Position numbers and translations under genes: made by a program. Below are positions 1 to 13,013 of a DNA stretch of 64,000 nt, piece after piece. Each line of letters starts with the position of its first letter. Position 1 is the stretch's first letter. Origin of the DNA: Amoebidium appalachense (taxonomy: Eukaryota; Protista; Ichthyosporea); NCBI GenBank assembly GCA_963693365.1, contig CAVNZM010000003.1, positions 2,679,087-2,743,086 of the forward strand. Direction: 5' to 3'. The notes under the pieces are model-generated. The model was not told where the DNA came from and did not search any database. It saw nothing but the letters and a program-made list of their open reading frames with translations.

Positions 1-418
1 ATAAAAACACCCAACTATGCAGAAAAAGGCCATTTCAGTCAGATAGCCAGCAGATATAGGCAACATTTCTGGGTTGTCACACCAGCATGCACCACGTGCA
101 CATGCATGATTATGGACACATGCAGAGGTACGGTAGCAAGTAGCAAGCTCTCATAAATTCTCCTCTTAAGCTTGCTCCCACAATCAAACGCATAAAAACC
201 CTGTTAACACAACAGTCTAGCAACGGGTGGTGCATTTGGGCAACCCTTCCCTTTGGTAATGATTGCACTGTAGGTGTGCATCAGTCGTCTCCGTTGTGCG
301 AGTCTCTGATCAGAGAGATTTGCAGCCAAATTTTGACAGAGGTTGCCCCATTATTCAGCCGGAAAAAATGTCTCACGGTTTTCACGCCCAACACACCCCT
401 TAACCCCCTCCAGAAGTT

Positions 419-449
<31 letters not shown>

Positions 450-608
450 AATCCCCCCAACCCCACCAGCACCACCCAACCCACCCCACCGCAAACTAGA
501 GTCTTCGGGTCCCGTCGAGTCCCCGTGGATTAAAAGCAAAGGGCAGACTAAAGCAACATTCAACCACAGCCGTACTCTCACACATCCACATACATGCAAC
601 ACCAAACA

Positions 609-657
<49 letters not shown>

Positions 658-1075
658 CACCCCCCCCCCCCCACCCCCCAACTCAAAACACTAACATTCC
701 TTTGCAAAAACACTCACGTTCCATTGAAAAAAGTGCTGTTGAACCACCTCGCTTTGAAAAAATAAATGATCATATGAAAAAATCGCTGGTACAAACCAAT
801 TATATGCTCGTAAAGAGGAGACACTAAGCTTATTTTTGACGCCTTTAGCGCCGCTCTGCGCTGGTCGGCGATTTTTGAAAGAACACTAACGTTTATCGTA
901 CCAAATTCCATAAGGCTGGGGATAGTGCCACAAAGCCAAACTGACAGTGTGGAATGCATGATTGCGCCAAAATCTTTATCGGATAATTAAAAAGTGTGTT
1001 ACCCCCTATCGGATCTTCAATCCCCCTCACTCTCTCAGACATTCTCTACAAGTAGAGCTCTCTCTCTCTCTCTCT

Positions 1076-1140
<65 letters not shown>

Positions 1141-1889
1141 AGGCTTTCTCTCTCTCTAGTAGAGACAGAGCTTCCTCTCTCTGATCTCTCTGAGACGCCC
1201 CCCTCCCCGGCCCCCCCTCCTCCTGGCCCCCCTTCTCTTTCGAGCTCTCTGTCTCTCAATGGCATGCATTTTGCCGTCGTTTCATATCATTTTCATGCAC
1301 ACGTTGTCACAACTTTAACAGAAGTACAAACAGTGTCACATGTACCAGCTCACATGTCACGAAATCTGTACACGTGTACACGAATAAGCAATGTGCATGT
1401 GCACGCATGGAGTCCAAACGTGGGCCCCACACACCCACCCACCTATGTATGTACACATACCAACACCACGTACGCAAACACACAAACACTACTCCCATTC
1501 ATATGTACTACAGGAAGATGCAACAAGCACACACATGCACAAACAAGTCACGTGCACTGGCAAGTGAGAAGTATCTGGATGGCTGGTAATAAGTAAACAT
1601 AGCATGTACATATGACTCGACACAGTGCAGGCAGTGTCACGCATTATTATACACAATATGCATGTGCAGTCATAGTCGAACCATGCCGCCTTGACATTTC
1701 TTCCCTATCGATCTCATGCTTCTTCCCGCTGTATTGTTCCTTTATTTACTGACAATGGTACTCCCCGGGCCCCAACAACATGTACATATCTAAAAGGCCT
1801 AGCAAGCATTTAACCCAATCTATAACCATCCCACTAATACTTACCCTGGAAATGACTACCAAACTAAACAATAATAATGTTAACACCTA

Positions 1890-3279
1890 CTAGAGCGTTG
1901 ACTTCCCACCTACACCATTAGCCCCACCCTCACCCGCCTTTTTCTTTGCACCCGCCCCCTTTTTAGCCCTAGGACGAGGGGAGGGAACACCATCGCTTGC
2001 GCCCGACTCACTCAACCCCCTCTCCCCACTCTTCTTCTCTTTCTTTCTCTTTTCTGCCTCTCCTCCACCTTCACCCTCCGGTAAACACACATTCTTATGA
2101 CCATTCAACCAATCTTTCTTCTGGCACTCGCGGCCGCAATAATGAACCCTATCGCACCCGTTACACGTCTTGAGCCCGTGGGGAGTACCACACACCCAAC
2201 ACAAACTAAGCTTCTTCATGTCTTTCCCCTGTTTACGCACTGTTTCTGTCAGGAAACCAACCCCTGGGATTTCTAAGACGCGTCTCTCCAACCCTTCCCC
2301 CAGGGGTCCTGTAGGACGGCTAATGTGAATACGCTTGGTGCCCGTAAGAATGCTGGCTGAGGAGTGGAGTGCTTCACAGATCCTGTTTTGAAATGAGAGG
2401 GACGTAGGTTAGCATAACACAGAACTGTGCTGTGTGTGTGGGTAACCGGCATGGGCTGTCGTTAAGGGGGATAAATGCCCGAGTGAAGGTGGAGGGAAGC
2501 ATGTAAACCGGCCCGAAAAGGGAGAGAGATATTATCTACCCAAAAAGAATCGGCCCATAAACTGTTGATATAGACAAAAAGGAAAGCCTGTGAAGGGGGG
2601 GGAGGTGCGCAGGAAGGGGGGGGGGGGAGGGGGGCACAAGGTGCAAAATATTGTATAAAGGGTGTTGCACACGAGGAGGGGTGGGTGGATGTGCGGGTGT
2701 GTGGTAAGATGTGCGTGTATTGCCGTGTGTCCAATTCGTGTGTCCCCGGAGTGGTCTCTCTCTCTCTTCTCTCTCTCTCGTCTCTCTCTCTCTGGCTGTG
2801 CGTGTACCGGCGTGTGTGTGTGTGTGTGTCTTGGTGCATGTGTGCGCAAGATTGCCTGTGTGTGTAAGTGTGCTGCGTGCTGTGGTTTCGTGCGTGCGTG
2901 TCACAGTGTTCGCTCTATTGTGTGCCTGCGTATGCATGTGCTCGTGCATGTGCCTGTCTTTCCGTCAACCCTTTGCCTCTATGTGTCTGCCCACACAAAA
3001 GATCCCACTGTGCATGCCTCTCCTCTGTGGCCACGTGTGTGCACGTGTGAGTTTGCCACCAAGTGTATTGCATTTAAGGTTGGCGTTTGGGGGGGGGGGG
3101 GGGGGGGGGGGGGGGGTTTGAATGCGTCAAAAAGTACGAAGTACACAAGAACAAACGGATAACACGATGCAGAATGCAAGCCATACATAAAGAGTATGCA
3201 TAATAAGCAGAGCCCATCCTCAGGGGGGGGGGGAGGTTGGGGAGGGAGAGAGAGAGGGAGAGAGGGAGAGGGAGGGATG

Positions 3280-3310
<31 letters not shown>

Positions 3311-3400
3311 ATGGAGAGAGAGAGAGAGAGAGGGAGAGGGAGGTGTGTGTGTGTGTGTGCGTGTGTGTGTGGAGGGGAGGAGGAGGGGTTGGGGTGGGGT

Positions 3401-3435
<35 letters not shown>

Positions 3436-4064
3436 GGGCGAAACTTAAACACAAGTAGCCCACGACAGACAATCCCCCCTTCTCCCCCCCCTTCTCCCCC
3501 CCCCCCCCCCCCCCCCCCCCCTCCCCCCCCCCCCCCCCCCCCCCCCTGCCCCTTCACCCACCACGAAAGTGAAGCAAAGAAAAAAAAAACGACAAAGGAC
3601 CTGGCAAATGTGCAGGCAGAGCAGCTGGGCGGCCGGTTTGGAGAGGAGGAGGAGGGGGATGGGGGGGGGGGTGGGGTGGGGGGGGGAACAAAAATTTCAA
3701 GCAAAAACAAACGTACCGTTTCTGAGTCTCCTCCATGGAAAAATCATTGGCATCAAACCCCCTCTCCGCATCCACATTCCATGCCGCCGCCGCCAAAACA
3801 TCGATTTTAGCCTCCCTCACCGCCTTTGCATATGCCCTATTTCCCTTGCCCCCACTCACACCCATGGCGTCTTCGGGGGGGCACCGGCCGGCCCCTCCCA
3901 GAGCAACAACCCGGCCGGTGGATGCGCTAGCCGGGCGGATATCCAAGACGACTATCTCGTGCTGCCAGCCGCAATTTAGGTCGTAGATATACAGCATGCG
4001 GGAGTCCTTGCTGGGGAGTATGTCGGCCAGCCGGCACTCCTAAATGGGTGAAGGGCGCAGGCCC

Positions 4065-4150
<86 letters not shown>

Positions 4151-4587
4151 GGGAAAAAAATTGGTAGGGTTGCAAGAGGGCGAAGGGCTGGGTGGTGTGT
4201 GCACGTGTGCGTGCTTGTGCATGTGTGTGTGGGGTAATCAGAGTCAGTGGGTACAAAAGAAAGACCAATGGAATAAACGATGGAAATAAGGGGGGGGGGG
4301 GGGGGAGGGGGGGGGGGGGGGGGGGGGAGGAGGAGGGCGAGGGGGGGGAAGAGGGGGGGGGGGGGGGGGGAATAAGGAGAGGGGGAATAAATCGGTTGCC
4401 AAAAGGGGGCAGCTGTGGGTGGGTAGAGAAGGGCAGAGTACGTGCAAACGAAAAAAAACGATGGAGGACACGAGGAAAAGGAGGAAGGGAGCGAGGGAGC
4501 AAAAGGGGGGGGGGAGGTGTTGAAGAGATCCGAAGCGTGGGGAGAGGGGTGAATGGGCACGGTCAATGAACGAAAGGAAAGGTCCCT

Positions 4588-4642
<55 letters not shown>

Positions 4643-5767
4643 TCCCCACCCCCCACCCTTACTCCCACCCCACCAGCAACACCCCTCTACCCTCCTCCGA
4701 CCACCACCCATACCCCCCCCCCATCCACCCACCCGCCCACATCCACACCCACCCACCCATCCTCCCCCTTCCCCCCCATCCCCCCACCCACACGCACACA
4801 CAAACCCACACACCCTAACCCCCCGACCCCACCCTTACCCCCATCCCCATCCCCTCCAGCATCCCCCCCGACCGACCCACCCACCCACACACAGATCCAT
4901 CCTCCCCCTCCCCTCTCCCCCTACCCCCCCCCCCCCCCCCCCCCCCCCCCCACCCAACCACAAACACCCACCCACCCACAAACACCCACCCACCACCCAC
5001 CCACCCCGACCCACCCACACACATCCTCCCCGTTCTCCCCTCCCCCCTCCCCACCACCCACACCTACCCATCCTCTCCCCCCCCCCCCCCCCCCCCACCA
5101 CCACCACCACCCACCCACCCACCTACCTTGTCGCTGATAGCCATCCACCCATACTGGTCAATCCTCTCCGTGTCCACGGCATCACACTCGGCAGGCCCAA
5201 ACACTGCCCCATCCCTCCCGTCCAGAAACACGTACGAGTGGTAGTTGCGGCACCACCCCATCGCCGGAACAAGAACCTGAAAACCCCGTTGTAAGACGGT
5301 TGTTCAATCACTTTTGTAGGCACTTCTCTGCATTTCCTTTAAATGGCAATATCACAATTTCTTAACCAAAAAAGGCAAAAGTGCTAGCACAGTCCATCGC
5401 CGGAACAAGAACCTGAAAACCCGGTTGTCAGACGGTTGTTTAATCACTTATGTAGGCACTTCTCTGCATTTCCTTTAAATGGCAATTTCACAATTTTTTT
5501 ACCAAAAAAGGGAAAAAATGCTAGCACCGTAAATAGACAAAGCCAATCACATACGCTGACATCAACATGACGTATCATTGACGTCAAGATGACGTCACGT
5601 CACGAGGTACCGACATATAGACTTGATATCGGATACGGGTCGTGCCACAACCCAAAGTTCTTGGGGGCTAACTGAGTTGCTTTCATGCTATACGACATCA
5701 TTCTGGGTATGTGGGTGGATGAGGGTAAGTGGGTGAGGGGGTGGGTCTGTGGGTGGGTGAGGGGGGT

Positions 5768-5815
<48 letters not shown>

Positions 5816-6500
5816 AAAAGACACAGTACATCCACGGTACTAATTTAGGGCAAAAGACTTTCAGCGCACGAGGACTTGCAACACACAAATGCGAGCCTTA
5901 TGAGTGGACATGTTTACGCCTAAAATTGGAGACCAATGTTTGTTGGTCCCATTAGTAAAAACTAGGGTAAATGCATACACAGGTACATCCCAAACATCCA
6001 GGTTGGGAACCCCTAACCATCCTCACACAGATGTGTACCAAAAACCAACTTGGTAAGGCAACCAAATATTCAACACGCACCTTGTCATGGAGCACACTCA
6101 GAATGACGCCCCCTGACACGCACACCTCCCGCCACACTTGCGTGTCCAGAAGAGTAATTCGAATAGTGAAGTCACAATACTGCCAAGAACGGGGTACGGG
6201 CATCGAAGGGGGGAAAAAAGAGGGGGGGGAGGGGGGGGGGGGGGGGGGGGGGGGGAAGGGGTGGGCGGGGGGGGGGGGGGGGGGGTTGTTCGTTAGTAAG
6301 CCTGATCAAGTTGACAGGGCCATCATACATACTCTTGTCTGTTGCCTGTGCCTCGTGCATTTTTGTAGCTATTATCCCCCCCCCCTCCCCCCTTTCCCCT
6401 GCCCTCCTCCCATTTCCTCCTCCACCTTCCCACTTTCCCTTCCTCTTTTGCCAGACAGCCTGAATCACCTGAAACGACAAAAGGGGGGGGGGGGGGGGGG

Positions 6501-6581
<81 letters not shown>

Positions 6582-6985
6582 TTATTTCACTCGTCTCTTG
6601 TAATGCTCGGCTCTGCCCCTTGCCCCATGTTCTTCATTCAGCATACCCCCCAACACAACTACCACATAGCTACCTCCTTTGGATGGTTAAAAGCGCTCGC
6701 ACGACGGAGGCTATGACCAGACACACTCTAACGCCTTGACAAGAGGGGTGGTGGTGGGGTGGTGGGAGGGGGTAGTGATTGGGGCGGGTCGCAGGGGGCA
6801 GGAGGGACCCGGGGGGGGGGGGGGGGGGGGGAGTGTAGAACGCACCACAGACGACAAGGCACGCATTCATTAATGAAAAAACAACATAACTTCGCAACAA
6901 CAAATCACACATGAAAGAGTAAAGCATCATAGGTAGTGGGGGGGAGGGAAGGGAGAGAGGGGTAGGAGGAAGGAAGCGGCGGCGG

Positions 6986-7053
<68 letters not shown>

Positions 7054-8160
7054 GGGGGGGGGGGGGGGGAATACCTTGAGCTGGTCAGTGACGGGGGCTT
7101 GTGCCTCCAACTTGGCCCTCTTCTTTTCCATCAGCACAGACACAAACTGCCGCTCCGGTGTGGGTATGTTTGTGTAAAGTTTGTTGGCGGCTTTACGTGC
7201 GGTCAACATGGGATCCCGATCGCCTTGTTGATAAGTGATGCCCCACCCATCCAAAAAGCAGCCCGTGCTAGTGTTCTTCTGGGGCACAAAATGCTTCGGA
7301 TCTGAATAGAAGATGGGAAGAAGACCAATCCCATCATCTCTCGGGTCCATCGTGACGTAGAGCGGCTTGAAACGTGGAACCTTGTTGGTGCTAGTTTTCG
7401 AGGGGGCGGGAGGAGATGGAGAGGTTGTGTTTCCGCTTGTGAAAGAAAACGTGGAAGGGTTAAAGCCTGGTTTCATGTTTTGGACGTTTGTGTTTGTGTT
7501 GATGCTTGTATTTGTGCTTCCGACGGTGCTTGCACTTGCTTGGGCAGGTGGTTTTGCTTGGTCTGCGCTTGGCTTGTTCTTGGTAGCCGCTTTCGCCTTT
7601 TGCTTCGTCGTGCCCGTGTTACCGACGTTAGTTGCCGATGTGGGTGCTGGGGTTGACGCATGGTTCGTTTTAAGATTAGGTGCACCACTCCCACCAAACT
7701 GGAAAGGGTTGCTTGTGGATGATTTACTTGGTTTGGTGCTTGATTGGGAGCTCGGTATGTTTCCGCTCCATATTGGCCAGTCGCTGGGTGGCTCCGTGGA
7801 AAAGCTAAGCCCCCCCGGGTGTCCCATCTCCGAAGCCAGCCTGTTTAACATGAACCCCACCTGCTCGGAGTTAAGGTCTGGTGGGATCCCAAAATCTGCC
7901 GGTGGGTTGTTCTGTGTGCGTTTGCCCTGCACCTTTCTACGCTCTGCTCCTGCAGCCTGATTTTCCGAACCGAGATCCTGCCCGCTTCCGTCATGTTGCT
8001 TCCGACAGGTTTTGCACATGCAGGGACGGTTATCGTTTGCCCCTTGTGTATTCTCCTCCCCTTCCCCTTCATCGTCGCCAATGCCATCCTGGCTCGAAGC
8101 GTCGTGGTTTTCTTCTTCGTCCGAAAGGACAAGGTTGTCCCACTTGCTGTAGTCTACCAT
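1890..8160 (-). CDS. pRiA4b ORF-3/MM3350-like domain protein with C-terminal MYND zinc finger; 5 exons (8160-7075, 6179-6081, 5276-5127, 4039-3717, 2382-1890), about 716 aa
   Basis: All four introns are GT-AG and phase-compatible. The spliced product has DFTIRITLLDTQVWREVCVSGGVILSVLHDKVLVPAMGWCRNYHSY...YIYDLNCGWQHEIVV...GGAGRCPPED (pRiA4b ORF-3 pattern) and CWVC-x7-CNGC-x5-CGRECQKKDWLNGHKNVC (MYND). The N-terminus MVDYSKWDNLVLSDEEE is followed by a long S/T/P/N-rich linker. Confidence 0.85.
3117..3222 (-). mobile_element. Short copy (106 bp) of the poly(C)-anchored dispersed element, in intron 4 of the MYND gene
   Basis: Identical by eye to 52126-52231, with 1 mismatch to the reverse complement of 47157-47262. 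G-runs flank it on both sides. Confidence 0.85.
5258..5527. repeat. About 136-bp tandem duplication spanning the exon-3 acceptor of the MYND gene
   Basis: ccatcgccggaacaagaacctgaaaacc...gctagcac occurs at 5258-5390 and 5394-5527 with few substitutions. Confidence 0.9.
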
Positions 8161-9266
8161 GATGATGTTAGGTGCGGAAACAACGCCTCCAGCAACAATT
8201 GCGAAAAGAAAACCTGAACGAGGTGTGTCGTGGCTTTGAGTTCAAGACAGCCGTATGTAGAGTGTGTAGGAAGGGCGAGCCTACCGATGAAATGGTGTGT
8301 GCGCAGAAGGCAGAGAAGCGGATCGGGGTAGTGACAGAGAGAGGGAAAGAACAAGGGGAAGAAGGGGGTGAAGGGAATGAAAGGGGGTTGGGGGGGGGGG
8401 GCGTGTGTGTGAGCGCGTAGGTATGAGCAAGAGGAAGAGCGAACGAGAGCGAAAGAACAGGGAAAAGGCAGGGAGAGAGAAAGAGAGAGGGATAGAGGGA
8501 GGGAACAAGATGGAGAGGGACAGAGCGAAAAATGCCCGTCACGATGTGAAATGAGGTGGGTGAACTGTAAGCAAGTTGAACACCAGAATTTTAACAATGT
8601 GACTGAGTCTCCGGGAGCCACGGGCGCTTTATGCATGATAATGTTAGCATTCCAGGTGAGGATCATCTTATTCCAGCTAACATGGCAATAGGAGATTCTT
8701 TGCATTTTGACAAAAACCCCACACCAAGTAGAACGCCAAGTAACTTGCGCAGAGCCTGTACGGAATTATGGCGATTGCTCGTGGCTCTTAGAATGCCAGT
8801 CAATGAGCCTCGTTCGGTACGTATACGCCGCTCGGAGAGAACAGAAAACATCTCCGAGCTCACTGGTCTTGGCCATCCACCCAACGCCTTGACTGGGTTG
8901 GTATATATGTCGGTGCACTTACAGCTTTTCTAGATATCTATTACGGGCAATGGCCCTCTTTACTTGCAAACTTCTTTGACTGCGTCATTTTTTCAATTCC
9001 CGTCACGGTTAACTAAAGTGGTGTGCACTTCGAATCCCATGCCTGGTTGATTTACGTTTCTGGTTGATTTACTAAACGTATCCGATGTGGAACCATGTAT
9101 GTTACTGGAAATTTTCGGGTCTTCCTCTTTCTATTAGCCTTCAAAGTGTACTTCGACCGATGGGAGACTATACTTAACCAGGCAAGCTTTCCAACTTTGC
9201 AGACGCTTTTTGGAGGAAGATTTTTCTGTGGATCGTGCTCACTCACGCTCTCTGACGCAACATACA

Positions 9267-9315
<49 letters not shown>

Positions 9316-9351
9316 ACACACACACATGCGCGCGCACACAAAATCACTCAC

Positions 9352-9393
<42 letters not shown>

Positions 9394-9920
9394 CCTCCCC
9401 CCCCCCCCCTCCCCCCTCCCCCCAACGCCCCCCCTATCTCCCCCTCTCCTCTCTCTCCACTCTCTCTCTCTCCCTCTCTCTTCTCTCTCTCCCCCTCCCC
9501 CCCCCCCCCCCCCCCCCCCTCTCTCTCTCCCCCCCCCCCCCCCCCCCCCTCTCCCTCCTCTTCGCCTTGCCGGCACCCTCGCTGTCTCTCCTCTCCCTCC
9601 CGCCCCCCCTCTCCCCATCACCCTCACCCTGCTCGATCCTCTATCCCAACCCAGCCCCATAATTATTATGCTATTTCCTTCTGACATAACCCCTTTTCGC
9701 TCAACCATCCCTCCCCCTCTTCCCCCACCCCCACCAACACGCACCGCCACCACCACCACCACCACCACACGCGATCGCGCGCATGCACCCACCCACCCAC
9801 CCACCCACCCAACCACACACACACATACACACACAGACAGAAACACCACACACACACGCACACACGCACGCACACACGCAAGCACATGCACACACACATA
9901 CATGCACACACGCACGCACG

Positions 9921-9984
<64 letters not shown>

Positions 9985-10914
9985 ACAACACACACACACA
10001 CATACATACACACACGCACACGCACACGCACACACGCACACGCACACGCACACGCATGCATACATGTCAAGACAATCTAAATAAGCACATGTCTGCCTTG
10101 ATGCATGTGCACACGCGGCAGCTGATACATAGCGGCTGCCGGACTGTCACCTCAGACTCACCTGAGCAAAGAAAGGCCTTCTAATATCCTTGGCTCGGCC
10201 AATCAAAGTACGAACCGGGTTGGCCTAATTTGATTGGCCGACCGGCACCCCAGCGCCGACCAGACCGTAACCCGCGGCCCTCATGTTCAGAGGGCCGTGC
10301 CGTAACCGCATAGCATCACGTGTTGGTTTTGTTTTGGCTGAATTTGTAGGTTTCAGGTTACAGTTTTGACTATGCCGCAATCCCTTTTTTTCCAAATGGA
10401 AAGAGGCGACTTGGGCCAACTGCAACTTAGATCAGCAAAAACCTAAACTTTTAAGTGATTGGACGAGAGCGCATCACTTTGAGCTGTGTTTGATTGGTGG
10501 ATGTTGGACAAATAAAAGCGTCCGTGTTCATAGCATCCAAGTGTGAACCGTGACAGCCAAACATTTGTAAATGTTAGAGCTTTTTTTTTTTTTTTTTTTT
10601 TTTTAATAGCAATTTTATTCTTATGTGTTGGATAGATGACTGAGATGCTACGGCGTGCTTGAGGCCCAGCCCTCCACCTTGGAATTTGAACGCTTTGAAA
10701 TTCTAGATTCTAGAATTTTATGTTCGCTGCTATGATTGGTCAACGCTGCGCTGATTCAAATTCTGGGATCTGGTTCGGTTGTGAGTTTGTGACGGATACA
10801 AAACCTGCAACACAAAACCATTTCTTCAGTTGCAGGCTGCCGTCATTCCCATATTACGGCTTCACCTAACAACCGTGATATTAGTCTTTATTTATAATTT
10901 CTCATACGCCCAAA

Positions 10915-11634
10915 ATGGACAGCCCGATGAAGGAGAGAGTCTCGCACCGCGAGGGCCTGTCTGCAGACATGGAGGCCCTGCTTGAGACCGAATCCCAAGC
11001 CATCAACACGCTTGCCACGGATGTCCGCAGCCTCAAAGTGAACATTGCCGACCCGGGCCCCACCGGTCTCCTGGCCTTTGGTATTACCACTACGCTCGCT
11101 ATGATGATTGCTGCTGGCGCCGTAGATTCACAGTCAAAGACGTGGCTGGTGGCCCATGCAACCATGCACGGTGGTGTGCTGCAGGTCTTGGCCGGCATGT
11201 GGGAGTTCCGCCGCGGCAATGTGTTTGGTGCCACGGTGTTTAGCGGATACGGCATGTTTTGGATAGTTGATACCTCGTCTGCCTTCCTTACAAAGCAGCT
11301 CCAGTGGTCCTCCTCGAACGAAGGTCACTGCCTGTGGTTGTGTCTGTGGGCCCTCTTCACTCTTGCCATGGGCATGGGCACTCTGTACACCAACAGGGTG
11401 CTGCAGTTTGTGTTCTGCACCCTTTTCTGCACCTTCATTCTGCTGGCAGCTGGCGTGTACAACGAAAGCGTCGACCACGTGGCAGGAGGTCTGGGTGTTG
11501 TGTGCGGTCTGTCGGCCATCTACCTCGGCTGGGCAGAGCTGATGAATGACGTCTACAAGATGGAGTGGATCCCCGTGTGGCCAGTCCATCCCCCTGCATG
11601 CCAGTCCCAAATGTCCAGCAACCTTGATGCATAG
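10915..11634 (+). CDS. GPR1/FUN34/YaaH (SatP/Ato/Ady2-type) acetate uptake channel, intronless, 239 aa
   Basis: Uninterrupted ORF with IADPGPTGLLAFGITT (variant of the N-P-[AV]-P-[LF]-G-L family motif), GGVLQVLAGMWEFRRGNVFGATVFSGYGMFW, about 6 hydrophobic helices and a C-terminal AIYLGWAELMN. Confidence 0.93.
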   Translation: MDSPMKERVSHREGLSADMEALLETESQAINTLATDVRSLKVNIADPGPTGLLAFGITTTLAMMIAAGAVDSQSKTWLVAHATMHGGVLQVLAGMWEFRRGNVFGATVFSGYGMFWIVDTSSAFLTKQLQWSSSNEGHCLWLCLWALFTLAMGMGTLYTNRVLQFVFCTLFCTFILLAAGVYNESVDHVAGGLGVVCGLSAIYLGWAELMNDVYKMEWIPVWPVHPPACQSQMSSNLDA

Positions 11635-12357
11635 ATTTTTTTTTTTTAGTCGGGCGGCCGTCATATTAATGCGCGAATATGCATTGAAAACTTAAACACG
11701 GTGGCACACATATATATGGTATGAATTTGTGAAGAGGCGGGACATACGTATTGTATACGTAGTATGATCCGAATAATATGCTTGCGACGACTGATTCAGT
11801 CCGTTCGCTCCATGTCAATCATCATGTGCGCAGTGCATAGTTCGCAGCATGATACAAACTTTGGTGTCTGAACCTGTTACTTGAGCAAGTGCTACGGTGC
11901 ATGCATCGTATGAATTGCTTAAATTTGCTGTGCATGAACGGTAATCCTTATAACCGCATGTGTACGTTCCGTGACCTGTGGCCGGCCGCTGCCTAGGTCT
12001 TGAAGCTTTCATTAGTGACTTCGGTACATTCTATGCGCATGCAACTTGGGAATCGACGTTCACGTATGCACAAATAGTCATTATAATAGCAGCACAACAA
12101 AGCAGCATGTATGGGTCGAACTTGATACACTTGAATGGGTTGAAACAAAACCTGTTGCATTTTTTACCTACGGTCGCCGCCGTACATGTGCCACTAGTGC
12201 ACTAAGGGCTGCCCCAACTTCTGAATTAGAAGCTGAACACTGATAGCATGCAGGCACAGCTGCAGCGTCAGTGAGTCACCGACACACATACACACACACA
12301 CCACACACAAACACATGTCCGCACATGCGGAATGCGCAATGCACACGTGCACGCGCG

Positions 12358-12388
<31 letters not shown>

Positions 12389-12506
12389 CAATCACACACA
12401 CACCAATCACACACACGCACACACACCACACGCACACACACACGCACACACATGTACACACACACACGCACACACACACACACACACACACGCACACACT
12501 GGCACA

Positions 12507-12537
<31 letters not shown>

Positions 12538-12567
12538 GTGCACACACCCACACACTCATACTTACAA

Positions 12568-12598
<31 letters not shown>

Positions 12599-12951
12599 TA
12601 CACACCGACACACACGTGTGCACATGTATACTTACATATTGGATTTGTGTGATTATGATGTTCCTAGAATCTGCACACCTGTAGATAGAATTAACTCGAC
12701 TGTGTTTACTGCACCTTGTTGAAGCAATAAACATCTGCATATTTTCCGCGACCTCTCGATCTTGGGTTACTCAATAAAGTCAAAGAACCGATCTTATAAT
12801 TAGTACCAGTAATAGTACGTATGTTGAAATATGTGCCCATGCATGTGGGCCTCTAAATACAGGTAAATCCAGTGCCGGGGTTCTAAGCATCTCATGCCGT
12901 CGGTTCCTCTGAGGAAGTGCCGCATGATGTTGTCTCATTCTACTATGTAGA

Positions 12952-13013
<62 letters not shown>

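Noticed and set aside
7367-7960. Hydrophobic 197-aa plus-strand ORF resembling a membrane protein
   Set aside because: It is the antisense shadow of the K/T/N/Q-rich exon 1 of the MYND gene.
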